58,112 nucleotides of DNA from sequence record DRR378314_2674; one strand, 5' to 3'. The notes beneath the pieces are model-generated. The model searched no databases. It was not told where the DNA came from and worked only from the letters and a program-made list of their open reading frames with translations. Of the stretch, positions 19,007 through 27,654 are shown one piece after another (position 1 is the stretch's first letter; the number at the start of each line of letters is the position of its first letter). Both the position numbers and the translations under genes were made by a program.

Positions 19007-21913
19007 TTATATTTTTTTAGAAAGGGCAATGTTTTTGTCCAGATCGATTTTTGGTGTAATAGATTCCAAATAATTGGAACTTAACGCTTTCTTATTCTCT
19101 ACAAAAGGGCGTATTTGAAACAGCCACAGCTTATTGTTTTGGAATCCCAGTTCCACGTCATAGGCCCCTTCATAATCCGATTTGGTTTCAGTAGCCATTT
19201 TTTCCCGAATTGTTTTGGCAAATGCCCTTATTTCCTCAATGTTTTTTTGGTTTAGTATAAAATTCTCAAATGTGGACATTCTTTTTTCCGTTCCCCCTGC
19301 AGCTGGAAGTCGATTGTGGTACATTTCCCTAGCGGGTGCCAAGAGTTGGGTGCCACCAATATCCTTTAATAGGTAAGTTTCTGCCGATTGGCCATCTACA
19401 GCACCCCCGGCACCCCTGCTAAAGGCAATGGTAATATCATCCGGATTTCCGGAACTGATGCCCTTGGTGATCAATACCCCGGAATAGTCCACATCCACAC
19501 TGGGGATTATCAAAATGGAAGGGAATACATTTTCAGGATTAAGGAGATATTTTTGACGCCATTTAAAACTGCGTTCGGAATAGGGGGAAGCCCAAACATC
19601 CTTAATGCCTGATATAATTTTTTCCTTGGCGGCTACATTGAATACAGTGAGGTTTAATCCGGCACCGGTAAAATTCTTCAGATCTTCCATGTTGGTGTCA
19701 CTTCTAAGAAAGACCGGGATTTCACCAATTGGTTTTCCCAATACTTCTTTGAACCCCTCTTCCAATTGTGTAAGGAATTGGGCCTTCATTGACATTTTCT
19801 TTATGGCCTCCCTTAGGATTTCCAATTGGCTTAGTTGATAGTTTTCAACCTCGCCTTCCGCAATGCCTTGTGAGCGCATGGTCTCGGCCTCCTTGAAAGT
19901 GGAATTTAAAAAATCCCAATAGCTTCCCTGCTGCTCGGGCATAGGTTGGTCCATATGGTCCTTAAAGATTCCGAAGGGAATCACCAGACCTTCTACCACC
20001 ATATCCGGGAACATTTTTTTTAACTGTCCCAAATTGGCCGCCTTTGGACCGCAAAGCTTACCTGAATCCTCGGCGTCCACTGACCTTAGGTTTAATATGG
20101 TGTTTTCATCCAAACGTATGTTCTCTATGGGTACTTCAATTCTTTCCTCTTTACGCTCTATCTTAATAAATAAATTGCGTTCCTCCTCGGACATATCCTT
20201 TTCCAACTTCATAATAACGTTGCCCTTGTTGGATACCGCATAAAATACCTTTTCTCCGTTATATTTCTGAAGACCTTTAAGATTTTCATCGCTTAGGGCG
20301 GCATTGGGGATACCCATATTCCGGGCCAACAATTGCACGTGAGACACCATATTTCCTTCCGATACCGTGGCAATTCCGGCCACTGGCTTAAGATCTGAAG
20401 GAGGGCGTTGAAAAATATAGATTTTATCGGATGTAACCTCAATTTCATCTGGAGAACCACTTATCACTACCAATTCGCCCAAGGCATATCCAGGATTAAG
20501 GCCTCGTAGGGCACTTTGATTGTCTATGTCCATCACTCTATTTGTCAAGGCGGATTCCTGGGCAATGATATCGCCCAATTCTCCCACGGTTTGGCCTAAA
20601 TAGAGGGCTATGGAACCTCTAATTTTGTCATCAATAAACCCATAAGCCTTAGGCTCAAAAGCGGTGTAAATGTCTACTATCTCCTGATAATTGGCCTTTA
20701 CCATGGAAGAACTCCATTCCACTTCCCTACGCGCATTTTCCAATACTGTGGTAAGCTGCCCAAGGGACATGGCATTGCCATTGGATCCCTTTAGGGATAG
20801 ATTAAGTTGTTCCCATTCTGCCAGTTCTATATATCCTGCACCGGCATTGGCCATGCCCAAATAGCAAACTTTGTCCAATAGGCCATTAAGGTCTTCAGGC
20901 TGCCATTGGGGAGAATTTTTAAATATAACTTCTTCCAACTTAAGGGAAGCGTCCAACAACTGAAGTCGGGCTGTTGAATTCAATTCTTGTAGAAGGGCAT
21001 GTCTTATATCCAACAGCAATTCGGCTGTGGCGGGAATAAGTACTGCCGCATTTGCTACTCCACTATAACCAGTAGTAAAGTTTTTTATGGCAACCCCTAT
21101 AGGGCTATCCTCTACAAGTGGTGTATTTTTTTGTATCTGTGCAATATCAACTGGTTTGTAGAAATTGGCCATAGTAGACACCAAGGCATCCATTTTGGCT
21201 TTTACCTCATTGGTCAGCTGGTTGCTGTTTTTGGACTTAAAGTTCTTTACTTTATTTATATCCCCTGCATCGGGCTGACTATGGATTTTAACCCTTAAGT
21301 CCATAAATTCTGGGACCATGTCCGAAATTACCTTTGAATCGCTCCTTATTTTTTGGGCTAGATTATCGTCGCCATTATGGGGTATGTCCTTTAAAGACTG
21401 CCGAATGAGGTAAAAATTTTCAGCCAAATTTTGAGTGTCGGATAAAAGCCATTTATAAAAGTCCACGCCCCATGCCTCTTCGTCCTCTGCCTGTATCGCC
21501 CCCCTATAGAACTGCCCCTTTTCCAGGATCCAGCCATTGTCAACAGTTCTTAAATACTTGTCCAATTGATACTGCTTAAGACGGGAATGGTTATTTTCTG
21601 CGTCCCAAAATTCCTCCTTGGAGGTATAGGATAAAATTTGACCCAAATAGAGGTGGTTGCTCTTTCCTAAATCGATTATAGAGCTTTTATAGGTGGCGTG
21701 CTGTACTCCAGGACCTATGTCATCGGGACAAGGATCTTTGGGCTGGCGTATGCTTCCATCTGTACAGAACCAGCGAATTTCTTTGTACGGTCCACGGATA
21801 TCCTTCTTGTAAGAGTTGATCAAATCCTTTATTTCCTGATTGCCCAATTTTTGTCCGGGACTTATTAATGGAAAGCAGAATAGTAGGATATATATAAATA
21901 TATGTTTTTTCAT
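19007..21913 (-). CDS. Exported dikinase-like protein: helical N-terminal region, phospho-His swivel domain, C-terminal PEP-synthase/PPDK-type ATP-grasp domain
   Basis: N-terminus MKKHIFIYILLFCFPLISPG|Q. His motif EGNMVSHVQLLARNMGIPNA. ATP-grasp motifs GPKAANL, RSDTNMED..FTGAG, SGVLIT and DVELG..LFQIRP. No PEP/pyruvate TIM barrel. Confidence 0.8.
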   Translation of the reverse strand: MKKHIFIYILLFCFPLISPGQKLGNQEIKDLINSYKKDIRGPYKEIRWFCTDGSIRQPKDPCPDDIGPGVQHATYKSSIIDLGKSNHLYLGQILSYTSKEEFWDAENNHSRLKQYQLDKYLRTVDNGWILEKGQFYRGAIQAEDEEAWGVDFYKWLLSDTQNLAENFYLIRQSLKDIPHNGDDNLAQKIRSDSKVISDMVPEFMDLRVKIHSQPDAGDINKVKNFKSKNSNQLTNEVKAKMDALVSTMANFYKPVDIAQIQKNTPLVEDSPIGVAIKNFTTGYSGVANAAVLIPATAELLLDIRHALLQELNSTARLQLLDASLKLEEVIFKNSPQWQPEDLNGLLDKVCYLGMANAGAGYIELAEWEQLNLSLKGSNGNAMSLGQLTTVLENARREVEWSSSMVKANYQEIVDIYTAFEPKAYGFIDDKIRGSIALYLGQTVGELGDIIAQESALTNRVMDIDNQSALRGLNPGYALGELVVISGSPDEIEVTSDKIYIFQRPPSDLKPVAGIATVSEGNMVSHVQLLARNMGIPNAALSDENLKGLQKYNGEKVFYAVSNKGNVIMKLEKDMSEEERNLFIKIERKEERIEVPIENIRLDENTILNLRSVDAEDSGKLCGPKAANLGQLKKMFPDMVVEGLVIPFGIFKDHMDQPMPEQQGSYWDFLNSTFKEAETMRSQGIAEGEVENYQLSQLEILREAIKKMSMKAQFLTQLEEGFKEVLGKPIGEIPVFLRSDTNMEDLKNFTGAGLNLTVFNVAAKEKIISGIKDVWASPYSERSFKWRQKYLLNPENVFPSILIIPSVDVDYSGVLITKGISSGNPDDITIAFSRGAGGAVDGQSAETYLLKDIGGTQLLAPAREMYHNRLPAAGGTEKRMSTFENFILNQKNIEEIRAFAKTIREKMATETKSDYEGAYDVELGFQNNKLWLFQIRPFVENKKALSSNYLESITPKIDLDKNIALSKKI

Positions 21914-21942
21914 AGTGATGTAATGGCAGTATAAAGTGTAAT

Positions 21943-21950
21943 CAAATGTA
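21943..21950 (-). promoter_or_regulatory. -7 element (TACATTTG) for the dikinase-hydrolase operon
   Basis: Exact TAnnTTTG match 29 nt upstream of ATG 21913. A TTTG lies 15 nt further upstream, which is a short spacer. Confidence 0.55.
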
Positions 21951-22134
21951 ATACCAATTTTAATGCAAATAAATTTTTTAAGCCTAGTTTCGATGGCCCG
22001 ACCAAATAAACCGTGACTAAAAGGTGGGAAATAGTAATTGGAATGGAATTTGGCCTGTATGTTCTTAGAATGTAATCAATTGAAGGAAGATTTACAAATT
22101 GTTTTTTTTGGGGCTACCATGCCAAAGTATCAGC

Positions 22135-23424
22135 TTAGACTCGGTGGTCTATAACAATAACGGGTTTTCTGCTCATTTTGGGAAATCGCAACTCCTGTAG
22201 GGTTTTAAAATCGTGGAATTCAATTTTGGGGAGTACCCGCAGTTTTGCCCTAAAGTGATCCTTGATGGTTTGTAATAAATCATTTGTAGGGCTGGAGGTG
22301 GCTATTTTAATACAAATTTCATCGGTTCCTATGTCATTATGGTCTATCTCGATTACAAAGGCGTCTATTTCATTGAAATAGTTAAGCACGTTGTACATGG
22401 CCGGAGGATATAGGGTAGTGCCCTTATATTTTATCATCTGTTTCTTCCTTCCAATCACAGGACCTAAGCGAGGTGTATTTCTTCCACAGGAACATTTGGA
22501 GGTATGGGCTTGGACAATATCACCGGTTTTAAATCTCAGCAATGGCATACCTTCAACCCCCAAGGTTGTAATGGTAAGCTCTCCCGGCATTCCCTCTTCA
22601 ACTTGTTTTTCATTATCGTCCAAAATTTCGATGATGATCAATTCCGGATGATGGTGGCCGCCTTGCTGTGCGGTACATTCGGTAAAGGCCGTACTCATTT
22701 CTGTAGAGGCATAGGTGGAATAAAGGGGAATGTCCCAATCTTTTTTAATTTTGGCTGCAAGGGTATTCAATGAAAAATCTTCATTACGCAGTGATTCCCC
22801 TATACAAATAGCCCCTTTTATCCCCGCTTCGTTGGGGTCAATTCCGTGCTGATGGGCGTATTCTATAAGTTTCAATAAAAAAGAAGGGACCACGATGAGG
22901 TAGGTTGGCTTAAACTTAAGGATGGAATCCCATTGAAGTTCAGGAATTCCGGCGCCTACCCTTATAATTCCGGCACCTAGCTCCCTAGCGCCTAAAAAAT
23001 AGGCCAATCCTGCCATAAATCGTCGATCTATAGTCGTTGTTAATTGCAAAATATCGTTTGCCGTAACACCGGCACAGTCAAAGGAGATGGCCTCGTTATA
23101 GGCCAAGCGATTAAGGTCATTATCTGTAAGGGCAAAGGTAACAGGTTCGCCCAAAGTACCGGAAGTAGTTACGTAATCTATGATCTTGTGCCTATCTACG
23201 CATAAGAAGTCATCATTATATTGTTGTAGATCCTCTTTGGAAGTTGTGGGGAGTTTGGTGAGGTCTGCCAAGGTCTTGATATCGCTGGCCAGTAAATTGT
23301 GTTCCTGAAAAATTCTTTTATAATAGGCAGAGTTTTGGGTAATATATTCTATTAGTTCCCTTAAACGCTGTTCTTGTAGTTGTTTAATTGCCTCTGCCGA
23401 TGCTTTTTCGATTTCAGGGATCAT
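22135..23424 (-). CDS. Phenylacetate-CoA ligase family aryl-CoA ligase (FlxY-like, probable 4-coumarate-CoA ligase)
   Basis: ANL motifs TTSGTLG, YASTE, RFKTGD and GR..QMIKYKG. Cluster context. Confidence 0.88.
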   Translation of the reverse strand: MIPEIEKASAEAIKQLQEQRLRELIEYITQNSAYYKRIFQEHNLLASDIKTLADLTKLPTTSKEDLQQYNDDFLCVDRHKIIDYVTTSGTLGEPVTFALTDNDLNRLAYNEAISFDCAGVTANDILQLTTTIDRRFMAGLAYFLGARELGAGIIRVGAGIPELQWDSILKFKPTYLIVVPSFLLKLIEYAHQHGIDPNEAGIKGAICIGESLRNEDFSLNTLAAKIKKDWDIPLYSTYASTEMSTAFTECTAQQGGHHHPELIIIEILDDNEKQVEEGMPGELTITTLGVEGMPLLRFKTGDIVQAHTSKCSCGRNTPRLGPVIGRKKQMIKYKGTTLYPPAMYNVLNYFNEIDAFVIEIDHNDIGTDEICIKIATSSPTNDLLQTIKDHFRAKLRVLPKIEFHDFKTLQELRFPKMSRKPVIVIDHRV

Positions 23425-25094
23425 TATTTTAATTTACGTTTTAGTCTTCGAATATACGAATGTACCAAAGCTTTCTCTGGTACTGTTGTAATTTCTTTTG
23501 TGCTGGCTTCCATAAAGTTGTTTAAGGCTGCCCTATAATATTTTCTATTGTAATTATAGAGGCCTACCCAATAATGTGTTTCCCAAAATTCAGGATTCAA
23601 TCTTTTAAACTCCTCAAGATATTCAGGAGCCAAGTGTTTATTGTCTGTAACTGATTGTTTTATTTGTTGAATCTCTACGCGATACTTTTCATAGTTTTGA
23701 TATGCCTGGGTATAAAGAAAACTATCCTTTTCAATATTTTTAGTGGGGACGGATAGCGTGGATCCCTTCCTTTGACTTAGACTGTCCTTGAAAATTTTGT
23801 TTAGGTCATAGGCCACAAACTCTCCTAATTGGTAGGGATTTGAAGACACCCAAACCAATCGCTGTTCCGGCTTAAATACAATTCCGTGATGTGCCAAAAG
23901 CTGGTTTAGCGCCTTTTCATTGCCATAGCCGATGTTGTTGTCGTCAAGCCCTTGCTTATTTCTTAGGATGTCCACTGCAATTTCTGGGGTGATTTTGTTC
24001 TGATTTTCCAAAAGTTCGTCCATGCGCTCATATCTGTATTTGGAATGACTTTCGAAGATGTGTTTTTGGTTGTTTTTGTCCTCTGCATAGGCGGTACTTT
24101 GAAAGTGGTTGGAGCAGATCAATTGATTGGAATCGGGAACTTCATAAACGCCAAAATTATGGGGGGAGACTTCTATTATTATTGCCTTTTTATCCCTGGC
24201 ACTGCCTACCAAAATAGATTCCGATACAAAGACCTGTCGTGTTTTTGCTATGGCTATGGCCTCTTCCAGCGTAGTTGCATATTGTAAGATCTCCCTGGTA
24301 AGGATGCTGATAGGGGTTTTGGCCACCAAGGGAATTTTGGATTTTCCCGCATTGATGGTAACCGTTAGACCATGCTCGTTCATTCCGGAGACCACTCCCG
24401 TCATACCGGCCCAGGTCACGGACATAAATTTGTGGCCTTCTGTAGGGTCAAGGAAAGAAATTATTTTGTTTTTTGCAAAATCATCCCCTGCGTAAAAGTC
24501 GAAATTGCGACCAAGAATCAAACTTCCGTCTTCGGATTTATCGCCCCAGACAGCAAAGGAAGAACAGCCAACAAGGGCCAGGTCTTGAAGGGCATGCCCT
24601 ATGTCATGGGCGCCATGAAGATATAGTACCCTTGAATATGGATCTGCTATGTCGTTGAAGTTTGGGGAAGCGTATCTGGAAAGCCCCCAAATTTCCGCTT
24701 TAATTTCTTCGGGGATGTTCTTGTACATTTTTCTGTTGTACCAGGCCAAGAACTTTCTCAGAAAATATCTTTTTGTTTTGGAAGGCACCAATTCTTCTAC
24801 TTTGGACAAAAATATTGCTTCCTGTTGTTGAAATAGGTCTTCCGTTAGGGCTCCGGTTATTAATCCCCTTTGCAAGGGGTCTCCGGAAACATAAAGTTCC
24901 CACAACCCTTGTTTGTTCTTGGCCAGGGAGTTATTGGAATAAATATAGGAGGTATCCGAGGTTTTTGTTATTTCAGGAATTTGGGGATTGTAGTTACTTA
25001 AATCAGGTCTATCCTTTAGGGATTTTGAAATTCCACAAGAACCAAAAAGCCCAAGCAAAACAACAACACCTACAATCCATTTTATCCGATACAT
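23424..25094 (-). CDS. C45 family Ntn-hydrolase/acyltransferase lipoprotein
   Basis: Lipobox LFGS|C, autoproteolytic G|CSSF, GRNFD, GMNEHGL and SNHF, with a TPR-like C-terminus. Confidence 0.87.
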   Translation of the reverse strand: MYRIKWIVGVVVLLGLFGSCGISKSLKDRPDLSNYNPQIPEITKTSDTSYIYSNNSLAKNKQGLWELYVSGDPLQRGLITGALTEDLFQQQEAIFLSKVEELVPSKTKRYFLRKFLAWYNRKMYKNIPEEIKAEIWGLSRYASPNFNDIADPYSRVLYLHGAHDIGHALQDLALVGCSSFAVWGDKSEDGSLILGRNFDFYAGDDFAKNKIISFLDPTEGHKFMSVTWAGMTGVVSGMNEHGLTVTINAGKSKIPLVAKTPISILTREILQYATTLEEAIAIAKTRQVFVSESILVGSARDKKAIIIEVSPHNFGVYEVPDSNQLICSNHFQSTAYAEDKNNQKHIFESHSKYRYERMDELLENQNKITPEIAVDILRNKQGLDDNNIGYGNEKALNQLLAHHGIVFKPEQRLVWVSSNPYQLGEFVAYDLNKIFKDSLSQRKGSTLSVPTKNIEKDSFLYTQAYQNYEKYRVEIQQIKQSVTDNKHLAPEYLEEFKRLNPEFWETHYWVGLYNYNRKYYRAALNNFMEASTKEITTVPEKALVHSYIRRLKRKLK

Positions 25095-25108
25095 CCTAAT
25101 TGCTTAAT

Positions 25109-25981
25109 TTATCCCTTTCCAAACCTAGTATTGGTTTTTACCAGCATCCTGCTCTCCTTGAAATCTACCCACTTCTGGCCCCAAATTTTCCTCATTGTAT
25201 TTTCAAAAGGTCTCATGAAAAATAGATTTCTAAACATTTTGGACAACAATACTGGATGTTTTGGTAAGGCCCTTAAGGTAATGGAAAATCCGCCATCCAG
25301 ATATTTGATATAGTGCCAGTATCCACTGGGCATATATAGGGCATCCCCGTGTTTCATCTCTACATATAAGCCTTCTGCCTTTTTTAAGGCTGGAAAGCGA
25401 TCAAAATCTGGATCATCCATATTTATGGATTCCAAATTATGTACGGAAAAAGGAACCTTGTATAGGTATTTGGTCTGTTCTGGAGGAAACAAAAGTACAC
25501 TTTTATGTCCGTGGAAATGAAAATGGATTAGGTCTGATAAATCCATGTCATAATGGGGTAGTACAACAGAACCTTCACCGCCGAAAAACATAACTGGTAG
25601 ACGCTTAAAAAATTTTAATCCAATATCCGGGTAACTTATGTCCTGTATCAATTCTGGCATTTTATCCAGAATATTATAGAAAAAAATACGCAGGTCCGTG
25701 GGTTTGGTTTTCAAGATTTCCAGGTAGTCGTACAGTTTCATTTCCGTTACCGGGGCAGCGGAGTTTTGTTTCCCTTTGGTAGGTTCGTTATTGTATAAGG
25801 GAACCACTTGCTCACCTGCTTTTTTCTGTATATAATCTATGTTCCATTTGTTGCGGGCAGGCCAATCCGAGGTGAGGTTTTCAATTAAAACAGGGCGTTG
25901 GGTTTTGTAATACTGATTAATAAAATCCTCTTTGCTAATAGATTTGACCCTAGTAATAGGAATTGTTTTAATCTGTCCCAT
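25109..25981 (-). CDS. JmjC/cupin-like Fe(II)/2-oxoglutarate oxygenase
   Basis: Motifs PVLI...DWPA..KW, HxD (PHYD), K.V.LFPP and GDALYMPSGYWH. Confidence 0.85.
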   Translation of the reverse strand: MGQIKTIPITRVKSISKEDFINQYYKTQRPVLIENLTSDWPARNKWNIDYIQKKAGEQVVPLYNNEPTKGKQNSAAPVTEMKLYDYLEILKTKPTDLRIFFYNILDKMPELIQDISYPDIGLKFFKRLPVMFFGGEGSVVLPHYDMDLSDLIHFHFHGHKSVLLFPPEQTKYLYKVPFSVHNLESINMDDPDFDRFPALKKAEGLYVEMKHGDALYMPSGYWHYIKYLDGGFSITLRALPKHPVLLSKMFRNLFFMRPFENTMRKIWGQKWVDFKESRMLVKTNTRFGKG

Positions 25982-25982
25982 A

Positions 25983-27518
25983 TTAAACTTCTTGAGCTTT
26001 ATTGACTTCTAAAATTTTTTCCAATAAATAATCCTTTCCCACTAACTCGGAACAGGTAATAATTGCTCCAATGGTAACACCTAAGATTCCGTGCATGTTT
26101 AAACTTTGGCCCGTAAAGAGTAAGTTTTTGATTTTTGTTCTGGGAGAAACAAATGAGTGTAGTGGATTGTTTACGTCCTTAACATAGCCGTACATAGACC
26201 CATTATGGCTTCCTATATAATCCCTGTAGGACAATGGTGTAGAGGCATATACGGTTTGAATGCAATCTCTTAGGTTGGGGAATTTTTTTTCCAATTCTGT
26301 GATGAAAATTTCAGTTTTATACGCCTTGAACTCTTCATAGGTCTGCCCTCTATCATTTTTAGAAGCAACCGTATTGAAGGTGTCCTGCCAGTACTCCACC
26401 TCACTGAAATTCATATAGGTCATAGCTATTAAACTATCTCCCCATCCATCGTCCTTTTTATTGATGCCCATAGAGACCATGTACCCCTCGGGCCAACTTT
26501 CTTGAGTATAATTCTGTGCATCCCAAACTCTATCGCCATATTTAAAATGATAAAAATTCTTGTTGTGATACTTAAAGGATTTAGGTTTTAGGACTATGTA
26601 TACGCTAAAGGCCGAAATAACACTTTCAATGTTATTTATTCTGTTGGTGTAGGATTTTCTAAAGTTTTCTTCACCAACCATTTTTAAGGTAAGCTTGGGC
26701 TCAATATTGGAAATGAATATATCACCGTTTATTTGCTTGCCATTTTTTATATCTACCGAAGTGATTACCCCATTATTGACATTAAATTTGGTAACTTCAT
26801 GATGTTTGAAGGTGTCGCCCCCAAATTTCTTTATTTGTCTAATAAGGACTTTGGTTATCTGACTTCCGCCATTAACACACCTGTAGGCACTTTCTATATA
26901 GGAATTTACGGAAAGGGCATGTACATAAAAAGGGGAACGCTCCCCGTCACCGGCATACAGAAAATTGGTGCCCGCAAATACACCTTGCAACTTCTTATTG
27001 TTTGTGAGGGAATTGATATAGGTTTTGGCATTCAGTTTAAAAACGTCATCCTGCCCATAGGAAGGATTGCCCTTGTTTAAATTGTATAGCGGGAACTTGG
27101 AACAGGTTTCCCTTAATTTTTTACTATACGTTTTTATGGCCTTTTCCTCTTCAGGAAATTGGGATAGTAAACTTTCCTCAAAGCGATCGTAACCTTGGGC
27201 GTGTTTATACTCCTTTGGGTCCCCTTCAAACGTTATTACATCAAAACCGTCTTCATCCAATTTCTTAAGCTTCAATTGGTCCATTATACCCAGATACTTA
27301 AAATATTGGTTCAGGTTTTGTCCTTCCGAAAGTCCGCCAATATAATGTACTCCGGTATCAAAGATGGTTTTGTCCCGGACAAAGGTTTGTAGATTGCCTC
27401 CAAATTGATTGTTTTTTTCCAAGACACAGACACTATAACCTTCTTTGGCCATTATCAAGGCAGAAACCAATCCCCCTAATCCGCTTCCAACAATTACAAT
27501 GTCGTAATGTTCTTTCAT
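25983..27518 (-). CDS. FAD-dependent oxidoreductase, phytoene desaturase/retinol saturase family
   Basis: Motifs IVGSGLGGL, LEKN...GG, FDTGVHY, STPLS..DY.....GSMYG and NLLFTGQ...HGILGV. Confidence 0.88.
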   Translation of the reverse strand: MKEHYDIVIVGSGLGGLVSALIMAKEGYSVCVLEKNNQFGGNLQTFVRDKTIFDTGVHYIGGLSEGQNLNQYFKYLGIMDQLKLKKLDEDGFDVITFEGDPKEYKHAQGYDRFEESLLSQFPEEEKAIKTYSKKLRETCSKFPLYNLNKGNPSYGQDDVFKLNAKTYINSLTNNKKLQGVFAGTNFLYAGDGERSPFYVHALSVNSYIESAYRCVNGGSQITKVLIRQIKKFGGDTFKHHEVTKFNVNNGVITSVDIKNGKQINGDIFISNIEPKLTLKMVGEENFRKSYTNRINNIESVISAFSVYIVLKPKSFKYHNKNFYHFKYGDRVWDAQNYTQESWPEGYMVSMGINKKDDGWGDSLIAMTYMNFSEVEYWQDTFNTVASKNDRGQTYEEFKAYKTEIFITELEKKFPNLRDCIQTVYASTPLSYRDYIGSHNGSMYGYVKDVNNPLHSFVSPRTKIKNLLFTGQSLNMHGILGVTIGAIITCSELVGKDYLLEKILEVNKAQEV

Positions 27519-27542
27519 AAATGGTATTCTTTTACAATTTCC

Positions 27543-27567
27543 AAATCCAATATTTAATATTGGATTT
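27543..27567. repeat. 12-bp perfect inverted repeat (hairpin or operator) inside the cluster
   Basis: AAATCCAATATT-T-AATATTGGATTT in the spacer between the MMPL and oxidoreductase genes. Confidence 0.6.
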
Positions 27568-27654
27568 TGGTAGGTTTTGTACCCTTATAATAATTAATGT
27601 ATCTCCCTGATTTAATCCGAGGATTTTTTTTGATTCCTGCGAATACAGCTTGTT

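Noticed and set aside
19007-21913. Annotation as ppsA or ppdK
   Set aside because: No PEP/pyruvate-binding barrel, reversed domain order, and a signal peptide.
25983-27518. Carotenoid crtI
   Set aside because: No crtB/crtY/crtE in the window. The gene sits inside the flexirubin operon.
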